In this document: positions 28,993-38,853 of the stretch, piece after piece | Layout: every line of letters starts with the position of its first letter | How positions within the stretch are numbered: position 1 is the stretch's first letter | NCBI GenBank assembly: GCA_020832235.1 | Contig: JAFIEZ010000003.1 | Coordinates: 333,350-397,349, forward strand | Direction of reading: 5' to 3' | From: Bacteroidota bacterium | GTDB taxonomy: Bacteria; Bacteroidota; Rhodothermia; Balneolales; HLUCCA01 | Length of the DNA stretch: 64,000 nt | Program-made: the position numbers and the translations under genes | Notes under the pieces: generated by a model | Seen by the model: the letters and a program-made list of their open reading frames with translations, nothing else | The model's database searches: none | Told to the model about the DNA's origin: nothing

Positions 28993-31122
28993 ATGCGTTA
29001 TTTCTTTCTCGTTTCCCTAGTTTTAATAGTTACGCTTGCGATTGGCTGTTCCACGCCTCAGCCCGTAACGCAACAATCTGAAATGGTTGATGCCGCCGAC
29101 ACGGTGGATGTAGTTAAACCGGTGCTTCCAGCTGATCAAGAGGTAACTTGGATTGTGCCCGATAGGCCGGAACAGTTTCTTCGTCCCCGAACATGGAATC
29201 TGGAGCATCAGAAGATATGGGTCAGGTTTGATTATGCTGAACAGGCTGTTATCGGGCAGACAGAACTTTTTCTTACCAGTTTCAGCAGTGTGAATGAGCA
29301 ACTGATATTGGATGCCAAAACGATGAAGATCCATGCTGTAACGGATGTTATATCGGGTAACGCTCTTGAGGTTATTCAGGATTCTGCCACAATTACCATC
29401 CCGCTGCCCGTTACATACGCAACCGGCGATACCCTTATCATTCATGTTGATTACACGGCATATCCACCTTCTCGCGGACTCTACTTCGTGAATGCGGATG
29501 GTAGTGATCCGAATAAACCTACACAAATATGGACGTTGGGTCAGCCTGAAGACAACAGCTTCTGGTTACCCACCATCGATCATCCAGCCGAGAGAGCAAC
29601 ACAGGAGACCTGGATTTCAGTGCCGGACCGATTTCAGACGTTGTCGAATGGGGCTCTGATTGATAGCCGAATTTTACCCGGCGACAGCCTTCGAACGGAT
29701 TACTGGCAAATGCCACTACCTCATGCACCTTATTTATTTGCCCTTGCCGTAGGTGAGTATTCCATTTTAGAGCGATTTCGTGAAGGGGTGGTGCTTAAGT
29801 ATTATGTGGAGCCTTCTTTTGAACCCTATGCTGAAATTATTTATCGCGATACCGATGATATGATTCGATTTTTCAGCGAAAAGCTGAATGTGCCGTATCC
29901 GTGGTCGTTTTATGCTCAGGCTCCTGTCCATGATTTTATTGCCAGTGGGATGGAAAACACAACGGCATCATTTTACTTCAACAACATTCAGATTACTGAA
30001 CGGCAGTCGATGGACGTTGACTTTCAGGACCTGATTGCGCACGAGCTTATACATCAGTGGTTTGGGAACCTCGTAACCTGTAAAGATTGGGCTAATCTAC
30101 CCATTAACGAAGGTTTTGCGAACTACTTTGAAACACTTTACCGAAATCATCGCAATGGGTTTGATGCGTCTCAATGGAAGTCGCTTACGGACAGGAATAG
30201 TTATTTTAACGAAGCGCAACGATTCAGAAGACCGATTATAACCAATCGATACAATGAACCTGAAGATATGTACGACAGGCATACCTATGAAAAAACCGGA
30301 TTAGTACTACGTATGCTTCATCACTATGTAGGCGATAATCACTGGTGGGGGGCTTTGAATGGCTTTTTGGAAGCCAATCGCTTTGGTGCCGTTGACTGGA
30401 CGGATGTGATGGTAGCTTTTGAGAAAGAGACAGGCATGGTTTTAAAGCCTTTTTTTGAGCAGTGGTTTACTTCTATTGGCCACCCGGATATACATGTTAC
30501 AACGTGGTATGACGAGGGGTTGGGTTATGTCAGGCTCCAACAAGTTCAAAACCTTACCCATCAACCTGTTTTTGACCTTAATATTGACATCCACTATTTC
30601 GATGAAATTGGTGAAAATCATGTCCGTACAGTACAATTTAATCGTCTCGATTCTACCTATGTGTTTGAGGATCCCACGGGTAAATTAGGTGAAATGGTCG
30701 TTGATCCGCATCGAATTGTGCTGGCTGAATACCGTGAAACACTCTCTTACGATGACCTTATCAGTCGGTTAGCACATCCTTCGGTACCGCTGCGATATGA
30801 GGCCTTAATGACGATTCGTAACAAGCCTATGGATGCATCTACCGTACAGGTATTGCTGGATGCGTTTGCGTTTGAGCAGAGTCCTCCGTTGCGGAACTTG
30901 ATTTTAACTGTATTGACCCCTCATCTTTCTAAGGACCATGAGGAGTTCATACATGGGTTAACATCAGATAATGAGCCCTATTTTAGAGTGCGAATGCGCG
31001 CTGCAGACATCAGCCTCGCCCTGTTTGGGTTGGAAGAGAATTATTACTTAAATGAAATATTACATGATCCAAGCTACTATGTTGAAAAGCATGTAATTAG
31101 CCTTTTTGAAAACAATAAATAA
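28993..31122 (+). CDS. M1 family metallopeptidase (aminopeptidase N-like) lipoprotein
   Basis: Lipobox AIGC, GMEN motif (SGMENT), zinc motif HELIHQWFGNLVT plus NEGFANYFE. Confidence 0.9.
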   Translation: MRYFFLVSLVLIVTLAIGCSTPQPVTQQSEMVDAADTVDVVKPVLPADQEVTWIVPDRPEQFLRPRTWNLEHQKIWVRFDYAEQAVIGQTELFLTSFSSVNEQLILDAKTMKIHAVTDVISGNALEVIQDSATITIPLPVTYATGDTLIIHVDYTAYPPSRGLYFVNADGSDPNKPTQIWTLGQPEDNSFWLPTIDHPAERATQETWISVPDRFQTLSNGALIDSRILPGDSLRTDYWQMPLPHAPYLFALAVGEYSILERFREGVVLKYYVEPSFEPYAEIIYRDTDDMIRFFSEKLNVPYPWSFYAQAPVHDFIASGMENTTASFYFNNIQITERQSMDVDFQDLIAHELIHQWFGNLVTCKDWANLPINEGFANYFETLYRNHRNGFDASQWKSLTDRNSYFNEAQRFRRPIITNRYNEPEDMYDRHTYEKTGLVLRMLHHYVGDNHWWGALNGFLEANRFGAVDWTDVMVAFEKETGMVLKPFFEQWFTSIGHPDIHVTTWYDEGLGYVRLQQVQNLTHQPVFDLNIDIHYFDEIGENHVRTVQFNRLDSTYVFEDPTGKLGEMVVDPHRIVLAEYRETLSYDDLISRLAHPSVPLRYEALMTIRNKPMDASTVQVLLDAFAFEQSPPLRNLILTVLTPHLSKDHEEFIHGLTSDNEPYFRVRMRAADISLALFGLEENYYLNEILHDPSYYVEKHVISLFENNK

Positions 31123-31175
31123 ATCCCCGCATATACATCAGCTGATAGCGGATAATTAATGGTTTTAGTCGACTT

Positions 31176-32660
31176 ATGAAGACATCAACACACGAGAGTT
31201 TTGTCTCCAGGTGGGGGCTGATTCTAAGCGTATTGGGTATTGCAATTGGAACCGGTAACATTTGGCGATTTCCTCGCATTGTGGCAAATAACGGTGGGGA
31301 GGATGGTGCAGGGGCTTTTTTAATAGCATGGCTGACATTTCTGTTACTCTGGTCAATTCCGTTAATTATAGCCGAATATGCTATAGGTAGAAACGGTAGA
31401 CGAGGAGTCATAGGGTCTTTTATTGCACTGTCGGGCGAAAAGTTTGCATGGATGGGGAGTTTTGTTGGTTTCGTAGCCATGGCCATCATGTTTTACTACA
31501 GCGTTGTGACGGGGTGGTGTTTCTATTATTTTGGATCGTCTTTGCTTTTTCCATTACCTGAGAATACAGATGCGGCATTTGCGGTCTGGAACGGATTTCA
31601 GTCGGGGTGGTTGCCTCTTGTTTTTCATGCACTTGCCATGGCGCTTGCTGCAGCGGTTGTATTGAATGGGGTTAGGGCTATAGAACGAGTCAACAAGGTA
31701 TTAATACCAGTTTTACTGGTGATTTTATTGATATCATTTGTCAGAGCCGTATCGTTACCAGGAAGTATGGATGGTATCCGTTATTTATTTACGCCGGACT
31801 GGGCGACGTTGAAAAAGCCTGAGTTGTGGTTGGAAGCATTGACACAAAATGCTTGGGATACAGGAGCGGGATGGGGACTTATTTTGACTTATGCTGCCTA
31901 TATGAAATCACGCGACAATGTTACCATTTCGGCATTACAGACCGGAATTGGCAATAATTTCATCAGTCTGTTTGCGGCAGTAATCATATTTTCGACTGTT
32001 TTCGGGACCCTTGGTGGAGCTATGAGCGACCAAGAAGTACTTTACATAATGCAAGAATCTGGACCTGCCAGTACCGGATTGACATTCATCTGGATGCCCC
32101 AGTTATTTCTAGAGGTGCCGGCAGGACGTATTTTTGCCGTAATGTTCTTTCTGGCGCTGTCATTTGCGGCATTCAGCTCTTTGATTTCAATGGTTGAACT
32201 ATCCTCAAAAGTGTTCGTTGATATTGGGGTATCAAGAAAGAAAGCGGCAATATCTATTTGCGGAGCGGGGTTTTTACTTGGGATGCCATCGGCTTTAAAC
32301 CTGAATATCTTTGCCAATCAGGATTTTGTCTGGGGTTTGGGACTGATGCTATCTGGAGCATTTATAGCATTTATAGCAGTTCGATACGATGTAAAGAAAT
32401 TTACAAGCAATTTGGTGAATACGAATGCTAATGGACTACAAAGTGGTAGATGGTTGGGAATCCTTATTAAGTATATCATACCTTTGGAGGTTTTTGTTTT
32501 ATTGTCATGGTGGATTTACCGATCAGCAGTGGAATTCTCTCCCGATGGGTGGTACAATCCGTTTGATACATACTCTGTAGCGACGGTACTTATTCAATGG
32601 GGTGTTGTACTGGGTTTGTTTTATCTCTTTAACAAAACGATTGCCCGATTGCATCGTTAG
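31176..32660 (+). CDS. Sodium-dependent transporter, SNF (neurotransmitter:sodium symporter) family
   Basis: GTGNIWRFP motif near the N-terminus and about 11-12 TM segments. 494 aa. Confidence 0.9.
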   Translation: MKTSTHESFVSRWGLILSVLGIAIGTGNIWRFPRIVANNGGEDGAGAFLIAWLTFLLLWSIPLIIAEYAIGRNGRRGVIGSFIALSGEKFAWMGSFVGFVAMAIMFYYSVVTGWCFYYFGSSLLFPLPENTDAAFAVWNGFQSGWLPLVFHALAMALAAAVVLNGVRAIERVNKVLIPVLLVILLISFVRAVSLPGSMDGIRYLFTPDWATLKKPELWLEALTQNAWDTGAGWGLILTYAAYMKSRDNVTISALQTGIGNNFISLFAAVIIFSTVFGTLGGAMSDQEVLYIMQESGPASTGLTFIWMPQLFLEVPAGRIFAVMFFLALSFAAFSSLISMVELSSKVFVDIGVSRKKAAISICGAGFLLGMPSALNLNIFANQDFVWGLGLMLSGAFIAFIAVRYDVKKFTSNLVNTNANGLQSGRWLGILIKYIIPLEVFVLLSWWIYRSAVEFSPDGWYNPFDTYSVATVLIQWGVVLGLFYLFNKTIARLHR

Positions 32661-32766
32661 ACCTTTAAGATCGGGCGTTGGAAGCAGTACGAATTTACAT
32701 ACCTGTCAATACCTGCGATTATATATCAAATGTCATATAATATATATTATGTAAAGTAATTAACGT

Positions 32767-32801
32767 AAAAAAGTGGGGAACCAAATAACATGGTCCCCCA
32801 T
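32767..32801 (-). terminator. Rho-independent terminator after the peroxiredoxin gene
   Basis: Minus strand reads TGGGGGACC-ATGTTATTT-GGTTCCCCA followed by TTTTTT. It lies about 20 nt after the stop. Confidence 0.75.
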
Positions 32802-32821
32802 CATAAAATCAGTATGAAGCG

Positions 32822-33286
32822 TTACATACTTTTAATGGTACTTTTGATAGCCTCAAAGTCTGGTAAATCACTGGCTTTCTCGAGTACTTCCGCGTAAGCT
32901 ATTTCTCCGGTTGCAGAAACAACAAAAGCAGAACGTTTTGCAACACCTTTCATTCCGAAGAATTCATCATAGATGGCATCGTATGCTTCTGCCACTTCCT
33001 TGTTGAAATCGCTAAGTAATGGAAAATTTAAATTTTGCTCTTGCTTAAATTTTTGCAATGTAAAGAAGCTGTCAACACTTATTGCCAGAATTTGCGCATC
33101 TAACTGCTCGTACATTTCAAATTCATCTCGTACAAGGCACAGCTCTTTAGTGCAAACACCGGTAAATGCCAATGGGAAAAATAATAACACAACGGGTTTA
33201 CCTGCATACTGCGTTAGTGCCACGTCATTTCCATCAGTGTCTTTTAATGTAAAAGCTGGTGCCTTATCTCCTTTTTTCAAACCCAT
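32822..33286 (-). CDS. Peroxiredoxin (AhpC/TSA-Redoxin family)
   Basis: KAPAFTL...GKPVVLLFFPLAFTGVCTKELC contains the peroxidatic Cys context. 154 aa. Confidence 0.88.
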   Translation of the reverse strand: MGLKKGDKAPAFTLKDTDGNDVALTQYAGKPVVLLFFPLAFTGVCTKELCLVRDEFEMYEQLDAQILAISVDSFFTLQKFKQEQNLNFPLLSDFNKEVAEAYDAIYDEFFGMKGVAKRSAFVVSATGEIAYAEVLEKASDLPDFEAIKSTIKSM

Positions 33287-33288
33287 AT

Positions 33289-33909
33289 TTATGCCCTTAA
33301 TTTATTTGTTTGTTTTTTGTAGTGAGTTGCTATGGATAATATACCCATAACAAAAAACATCATCCCTGTTATTTGACCATATTTAAATAGTGATGATGGC
33401 ACATATGTCAATGCGAACCCAATTAAAAGTATAATCGTGCCTAAAAGTAAGTTTCCATACTTTCTCTCTCGAACATAAGCTAATGTAAATAGCAGCAAAG
33501 CAATAATTAGTGCAGATACGCTATACAGACCGAATAACAGCTCCTTGATTACGATAGTATCCTGAATTAAGGGATGTACCAGTAATAATAGAAACGGTAA
33601 AAATGATAAAATGGCAGGAGCTCTATTGATTCTGGGCTTAGACTCACGAATAGCGAGTCCTAAACCTGTTAAAATAAAAGACAAGGCCCCAATCCGTATC
33701 CAATCCGCAGCAAATGTTATCCAAGGATAAATGATATATGCCTGTTCATTGATATTTAGGTAGACTTTAAATACAGTGAATATGCTATATAAAACTGCTG
33801 TTAGAAGAATGAGAATGTCAGATAAGTTACCGTTACTTCTAATCCATAAAGTCAGGTATACAATGGTATAGAGTAAAACTGCTACGAGAACAATTTGTAA
33901 ATATACCAT
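33289..33909 (-). CDS. Hypothetical integral membrane protein (about 6 TM)
   Basis: Six hydrophobic segments. Packed 2 nt upstream of the peroxiredoxin gene. I recognise no family. Confidence 0.6.
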   Translation of the reverse strand: MVYLQIVLVAVLLYTIVYLTLWIRSNGNLSDILILLTAVLYSIFTVFKVYLNINEQAYIIYPWITFAADWIRIGALSFILTGLGLAIRESKPRINRAPAILSFLPFLLLLVHPLIQDTIVIKELLFGLYSVSALIIALLLFTLAYVRERKYGNLLLGTIILLIGFALTYVPSSLFKYGQITGMMFFVMGILSIATHYKKQTNKLRA

Positions 33910-33924
33910 GTGATTCTCTTTATT

Positions 33925-34338
33925 TTAGTCTTCTGATGTTATGGTAAGAATGTGTTCAGCAATTATTCTGAGTTGCTTTCTTTCAAAAATGATAAGTTCG
34001 GATAATCTCGTTAGGGCGTTAGTGAACGAATCAGCCTTTTCTATCAATGAGTTTCTATTCGCAAGTAGATTCGACAGCGTTTTGTCAATATCGGCTTCTC
34101 CCCTTGCCTCGCGTGATTTCTTAATACGTTCAACAATGGAATTAAAAGGTATACTTTCTGAATTCAGTATGGAGCACTGGGCTTCATCTATAGAGTACAA
34201 AAGCTCTTCTATAGATAATTCATTTCCGGGATTTTCATACACGGGTACCTCTTTAATCAGAGGCTTCAATGCACGGAGCTCATCTGTAAAATAAGAAAGA
34301 TCATCCAGGAGCTGATCCCATGTGTAATTTTCAGGCAT
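33925..34338 (-). CDS. Hypothetical protein (helical, acidic)
   Basis: 137 aa. Its start overlaps the nuoI stop by 8 nt. The opposite-strand ORF 33941..34294 is Ser-rich, as expected for antisense shadow. Confidence 0.55.
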   Translation of the reverse strand: MPENYTWDQLLDDLSYFTDELRALKPLIKEVPVYENPGNELSIEELLYSIDEAQCSILNSESIPFNSIVERIKKSREARGEADIDKTLSNLLANRNSLIEKADSFTNALTRLSELIIFERKQLRIIAEHILTITSED

Positions 34339-35008
34339 TTAAAGATTTCTCTTGTCGTTGTTTCTCCTCAAGCATTTCAACAAGTGAGAGACTGGTTTCC
34401 CAGCGTTTGTCACGGTTTCGGACCGAGTGAATATTGTTTTCCTCCTGAAAATCCCAGAATTGACCAAACTGCCTGTTTTTATACTCTCGAAGATACTCAA
34501 GCCGGTCTACCAAATCTTCTTTTGGAATCAGTAACTTCTCTTTGTCGTAAACAGCTTCTTCTCGACTTGTGAAGGTGATATCGTAATCCTTACTCATTAC
34601 AATTGCTTCTTCGGGACAAACTTCTTCGCACAGTCCACAGTATATGCACCGGAGCATATTAATTTCGAAGAAATCAGGATACCTTTCTTTCGGATCCTCT
34701 GCATCTTCATTGGCCTGCATGCTAATAGCCAGTGGCGGGCATGCCCTGGCACATAATCCGCAAGCTACACAACGCTCTTTTCCATTGTCTTTGACTAACA
34801 CAGGTCGGCCTCGAAAAATGGCCGGAGGGTCCCAACGCTCTTCTGGATACATCATCGTGAACTTTGGTTTAAACATTTGTTTAAACGTGTACCACATTCC
34901 TTTAAAAATTTCCGGAAGATAGATATTCTCCATAACGCTGAGTTTACGCTCTTTAGCTTGATCTTTACTCAGGGTATTTAGAACGGGTTTCTCAAGATTC
35001 TGAGGCAT
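34331..35008 (-). CDS. nuoI: NADH-quinone oxidoreductase subunit I (2x[4Fe-4S])
   Basis: Colinear with recalled E. coli NuoI: MYPEE..., [36 protein letters not shown]. Has an extra charged C-terminal tail of about 45 aa. Confidence 0.88.
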   Translation of the reverse strand: MPQNLEKPVLNTLSKDQAKERKLSVMENIYLPEIFKGMWYTFKQMFKPKFTMMYPEERWDPPAIFRGRPVLVKDNGKERCVACGLCARACPPLAISMQANEDAEDPKERYPDFFEINMLRCIYCGLCEEVCPEEAIVMSKDYDITFTSREEAVYDKEKLLIPKEDLVDRLEYLREYKNRQFGQFWDFQEENNIHSVRNRDKRWETSLSLVEMLEEKQRQEKSLNA

Positions 35009-35048
35009 GATTTAAAAAGATGATGTATGACGTGTTGTTTTTGTCGCT

Positions 35049-35080
35049 AAAAGATACTCTGAAGTAGGTTCGAATTCAAA
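35049..35080 (-). promoter_or_regulatory. Candidate Bacteroidota-type promoter for the nuoI operon
   Basis: Minus strand reads TTTG (35080-35077), a 20-nt spacer, then TATCTTTT (35056-35049). This is one mismatch from TAnnTTTG. It lies about 40 nt upstream of the nuoI ATG. Confidence 0.4.
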
Positions 35081-35099
35081 GTAATTTGGCAATTAATAC

Positions 35100-36404
35100 C
35101 TATTTTTCTTTAAATACCATGGTGATAGGAACACCAGAAAAACCAAAGGTATCGCGTATACGGTTCTCCAGAAAACGGCGATAATTTGCGGGTAAGTCAG
35201 ATGGCTTATTCATAAAAAACGCAAATACTGGTGGATTCGTTTTCACCTGAGTAGCATATTTTATTTTCAACTGCACACCTCTCGCTACGGGAACTGGTCG
35301 CTCTTTCGTCACATCCTCAATAAATTTGTTCAAGTGGCTGGTGGAGATTTTTTTTCCACGCTCTTCAAGAACCTCGTCTGTTAGCTCCAGTATTTTAAAT
35401 ATTCGTTGCTTCGTTAGGGCCGAAGTAGTTAATACTGGGATATATTTCATTGTAGGGATTTTCTCATAAACCGCCTCTACATAGTCTTTGAATGTGTTGG
35501 TGTCCTTTTCAACCAGATCCCATTTATTCAATACCAGTATAATTCCTTTGTTGAAACGCTCCGCTTCGGCAAGTATGCGAATATCTTGCGCTTCAAATCC
35601 TTGTACTGCATCAATTATGAGTACAACGATGTCGGCCTCACGAACGGCTTTATGTGTTCGGAGCGTGCTATAGAATTCAACACTTTCATTGACTTTAGTT
35701 TTTCTGCGTAATCCGGCAGTATCTACAAGAATATATTGTTTGTCATTATAGATTATATCTGAATTGATGGAGTCGCGTGTAGTACCGGCAATATCTGTAA
35801 CAATGCTACGCTGATATCCTAGGAGTGCATTCACCATAGAGCTTTTACCGACATTAGGTCTTCCGACGATAGCCAGCTTCGGTGTATCATTTTCCAGGTG
35901 TTCCTGTGGTTCTGGAAATAATTCTACTACTCGATCGAGCAAGTCTCCGGTTCCTGTACCGTTTACCGAGGAAACACTGAAAATTTCATCGTAGCCGAGG
36001 GCGTAAAACTCGCTTGCCTGCCAGGAGCGCTGTTCATTATCTGCCTTGTTAGCAATAACAAGAACAGGCCTTTTTTGTCTTCTCAGCAAGTCGGCAATGT
36101 TTTTGTCGAGGTCGGTGATTCCAGTTTCAACATCGACAATAAATAATATGACATCCGACTCATCTACAGCCAGGTGTACTTGCTCTCGTATACCCTGCAT
36201 CATTACATCCTGATCATCAGGTACGTAACCACCGGTATCAATCAAAGAGAATTCCCTTCCTCCCCAAAAAGATTCACCGTAATGTCTGTCGCGGGTAACG
36301 CCGGCCAGATCGTGTACAATTGCTTTTCTTTCACCAATCAGGCGATTAAATAGCGTAGACTTCCCGACGTTCGGTCGGCCAACAATAGAAACAACAGGGA
36401 GCAT
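35100..36404 (-). CDS. der: Ribosome biogenesis GTPase Der (EngA)
   Basis: Tandem G domains (GRPNVGKSTLFN and GRPNVGKSSMVN; NKAD/NKWD) plus a KH-like C-terminus. Confidence 0.96.
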   Translation of the reverse strand: MLPVVSIVGRPNVGKSTLFNRLIGERKAIVHDLAGVTRDRHYGESFWGGREFSLIDTGGYVPDDQDVMMQGIREQVHLAVDESDVILFIVDVETGITDLDKNIADLLRRQKRPVLVIANKADNEQRSWQASEFYALGYDEIFSVSSVNGTGTGDLLDRVVELFPEPQEHLENDTPKLAIVGRPNVGKSSMVNALLGYQRSIVTDIAGTTRDSINSDIIYNDKQYILVDTAGLRRKTKVNESVEFYSTLRTHKAVREADIVVLIIDAVQGFEAQDIRILAEAERFNKGIILVLNKWDLVEKDTNTFKDYVEAVYEKIPTMKYIPVLTTSALTKQRIFKILELTDEVLEERGKKISTSHLNKFIEDVTKERPVPVARGVQLKIKYATQVKTNPPVFAFFMNKPSDLPANYRRFLENRIRDTFGFSGVPITMVFKEK

Positions 36405-36486
36405 TTGTTTTAAATTCTTTGAATTAACTGAGTATATTCCGATTCAAAGTTACGCAATCTGAGGGTTTAATAACGGACCAGATTCC

Positions 36487-36732
36487 ATGCTACAGTTCTT
36501 TTATAATGAATTCGGTTTTTTTGGATCCATTTTACTGGCTCTGATACTGTTTATCGCGTTTATTTTCTGGTTTTCTGGACTTGCCGGCCTTGCTGGGCAG
36601 CAAGGCAGCAATACCATGAGGAATCTGAAAATTCTGGCAGCTGTATTATTCCCACCTTTCGCCATTGGATGGCTTATTTACGATATGCGTCGTCAACATA
36701 AAATCATTAAAGGCAATAACAAGCAGATATGA
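36487..36732 (+). CDS. Small hypothetical membrane protein (2 TM)
   Basis: 81 aa with two hydrophobic helices. Its stop overlaps the tdk ATG (ATGA), which argues for real translation. Confidence 0.5.
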   Translation: MLQFFYNEFGFFGSILLALILFIAFIFWFSGLAGLAGQQGSNTMRNLKILAAVLFPPFAIGWLIYDMRRQHKIIKGNNKQI

Positions 36733-37361
36733 TGAACGAACCCTCGTTCCTGCCAGCTAATTGTGGCTGGATAGAAGTCATTTGTGGTGGGATGTTTAGC
36801 GGGAAGACCGAAGAACTGATCCGAAGAGCCAGAAGAGCGCAAATTGCAGGCCAACGTGTGGTGATTGTCAAGCCTCCAATCGATAAACGCTACGATGACG
36901 AAATGGTTGTATCTCATAATCTAACTAAACTTCCATCTCTATCGGCCGAAACGGCAGATCAGATTGTACTGCTTACTGGGAATGCGGAGGTAGTTTGTAT
37001 AGATGAAGCGCAATTTTTTGATAATCGCCTGGTTGATGTTGCAAATACTCTGGCCAATGATGGTAAGCGTGTACTGGTAGCCGGTCTGGATATGGATTAT
37101 CTTGGACGACCTTTCGAACCCATGCCGCAGCTTCTTGCTATTGCTGAGTATGTGACTAAATTGCATGCGATTTGTGCTGAAAGTGGTGCTGTAGCACACT
37201 ACTCTCAACGAATTGTGAGTAGTGAAGATCGTATTTTGGTAGGAGAAACAGATGCATACGAACCCCGAGCGCGACATTGTTTTCGCCCTCCTATAGATAG
37301 CCGTAAGGGACGGCCCGTTATTCGGTACAATGACGAAACCTCAAACAAAAGCCCTCAATAA
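36729..37361 (+). CDS. tdk: Thymidine kinase
   Basis: P-loop GGMFSGKTEELIRR, VVCIDEAQFF, and C-terminal lasso/zinc region with a Cys pair. Confidence 0.93.
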   Translation: MMNEPSFLPANCGWIEVICGGMFSGKTEELIRRARRAQIAGQRVVIVKPPIDKRYDDEMVVSHNLTKLPSLSAETADQIVLLTGNAEVVCIDEAQFFDNRLVDVANTLANDGKRVLVAGLDMDYLGRPFEPMPQLLAIAEYVTKLHAICAESGAVAHYSQRIVSSEDRILVGETDAYEPRARHCFRPPIDSRKGRPVIRYNDETSNKSPQ

Positions 37362-37364
37362 TTC

Positions 37365-38717
37365 ATGGATATTCTACGTGGTCTGATCGGCATGGCATTT
37401 ATCATCGGTCTTGCTCTGGCTTTCAGCAGCAATCGAAAAGCCGTCAGTTGGAAACTGGTCGTAACCGGTCTTAGTTTACAGTTTGTTTTAGCTCTTTTTA
37501 TACTAAGAGGATCGCTAATGGCCGAGTACTTCTCCCCTCTGGGCTGGCCAAAACAGTTTTTTAGTTTTATCTCCTCTTTTTTTGTAGTTGTTCTCGATTT
37601 TACAACGGAGGGCGCCATGTTTATATTCGGCGATCTTGCCAAGGGTCCGGGTATGGAGGGAAGTCTGGGTTTCTTTTTTGCCTTTCAGGTACTGCCGACC
37701 ATTGTTTTCTTTGCATCCATAACGACACTACTATATCACTACGGTATTCTTCAGGCGGTTGTTCGGTTTATGGCTTCAGGGATGCAAAAAATTATGGGCA
37801 CTTCTGGTGCTGAGTCGCTATCCGTTGTCGCTAACATATTTGTTGGTCAAACAGAGGCGCCGCTTGTCGTTAAGCCCTACGTTGAGCGCATGACACCCTC
37901 CGAATTAATGGCAGTAATGACGGGTGGTATGGCAACTATTGCAGGAGGTGTTATGGCCGCCTATATTCAGATTCTTGGAGACTCATACGCGTTGGCAAAT
38001 GAGCTCTCTTTAGAAGTTGGTCGACAGCTTTTCGCAGAACAGTTGCTGGGAGCTAGTTTGATGGCTGCGCCTGCAGCACTCGTTATTGCAAAAATTTTGT
38101 ATCCGGAAACAAAAACACCGGAAACCATGGGTGAAGTTCGAGTAGAAGTTGAAAAAAGAGACGCAAATGGTATTGATGCCGCTTCGTCAGGTGCAGCAGA
38201 GGGTCTGAAGTTAGCGCTTAATGTTGGTGGTATGCTATTAGCATTCATAGCCTTGCTCGCTATGATCAATAGTTTACTTGGTTTCATTGGATCGATACCG
38301 AACTCGTTGGGGGAAGTTATTGGAGTTGATATACCGATACTGGAAGTGACAATACAAGTTATACTGGGTTACATTTTTATGCCATTGGCGTTTATAATTG
38401 GTGTACCTTGGGAAGACGCTCTGGCAGTGGGCTCTTTGATTGGTACAAAAATCGTTTTAACGGAGTTTATTGCCTTTATTGACCTTTCCAGTCTTGTAAT
38501 GGATGGTGCGCTACAGCAGAAAACAATTTTCATGGCTACTTTTGCACTTTGCGGATTTGCAAACTTTGCTTCCATAGCTATCCAGATTGGCGGAATTGGT
38601 GGCATCGCGCCATCCAGGAAAGCCGAGCTTGCAAGGTTTGGACTCAAGGCTGTTATGGCTGGTACACTTGCGAATATGATGACGGCAACGTGGGCTGGTA
38701 TATTATTTTTTGGCTGA
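37365..38717 (+). CDS. NupC/NupG-family concentrative nucleoside (CNT) transporter
   Basis: 450 aa multi-pass protein. The N-terminus MDILRGLIGMAFIIGLALAFSSNRK and the segments IFVGQTEAPLVVKPY and GFANFASIAIQIGG are typical of CNT. Confidence 0.88.
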   Translation: MDILRGLIGMAFIIGLALAFSSNRKAVSWKLVVTGLSLQFVLALFILRGSLMAEYFSPLGWPKQFFSFISSFFVVVLDFTTEGAMFIFGDLAKGPGMEGSLGFFFAFQVLPTIVFFASITTLLYHYGILQAVVRFMASGMQKIMGTSGAESLSVVANIFVGQTEAPLVVKPYVERMTPSELMAVMTGGMATIAGGVMAAYIQILGDSYALANELSLEVGRQLFAEQLLGASLMAAPAALVIAKILYPETKTPETMGEVRVEVEKRDANGIDAASSGAAEGLKLALNVGGMLLAFIALLAMINSLLGFIGSIPNSLGEVIGVDIPILEVTIQVILGYIFMPLAFIIGVPWEDALAVGSLIGTKIVLTEFIAFIDLSSLVMDGALQQKTIFMATFALCGFANFASIAIQIGGIGGIAPSRKAELARFGLKAVMAGTLANMMTATWAGILFFG

Positions 38718-38853
38718 AAAGTATATACTATGCTGGCCGAAACAACGTTTATTCAAGCTAGCATCTTACGGACTTGCTTGTTTGCAAAAGCCTAATATCA
38801 GCATTGCCATTGCATTAATGTAGAAAACTTGTTTAACTAAAATAAATAACTAA

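Noticed and set aside
31097-31489. 130-aa minus-strand ORF overlapping the start of the SNF transporter gene.
   Set aside because: It is antisense to a gene with a clear family motif (GTGNIWRFP) and has no features of its own.
33941-34294. 117-aa plus-strand ORF as an alternative to the minus-strand hypothetical 33925..34338.
   Set aside because: It has a Ser-rich antisense-type composition. The minus-strand ORF fits the operon: an 8-nt overlap with the nuoI stop and a 15-nt gap to the next gene.
35067-35075. GGTTCGAAT, which resembles a tRNA T-arm/T-loop.
   Set aside because: The flanks (GTAGG / TCAAA) cannot form the T stem, and no acceptor or anticodon arms can be built. The motif falls in the spacer of the candidate nuoI promoter.
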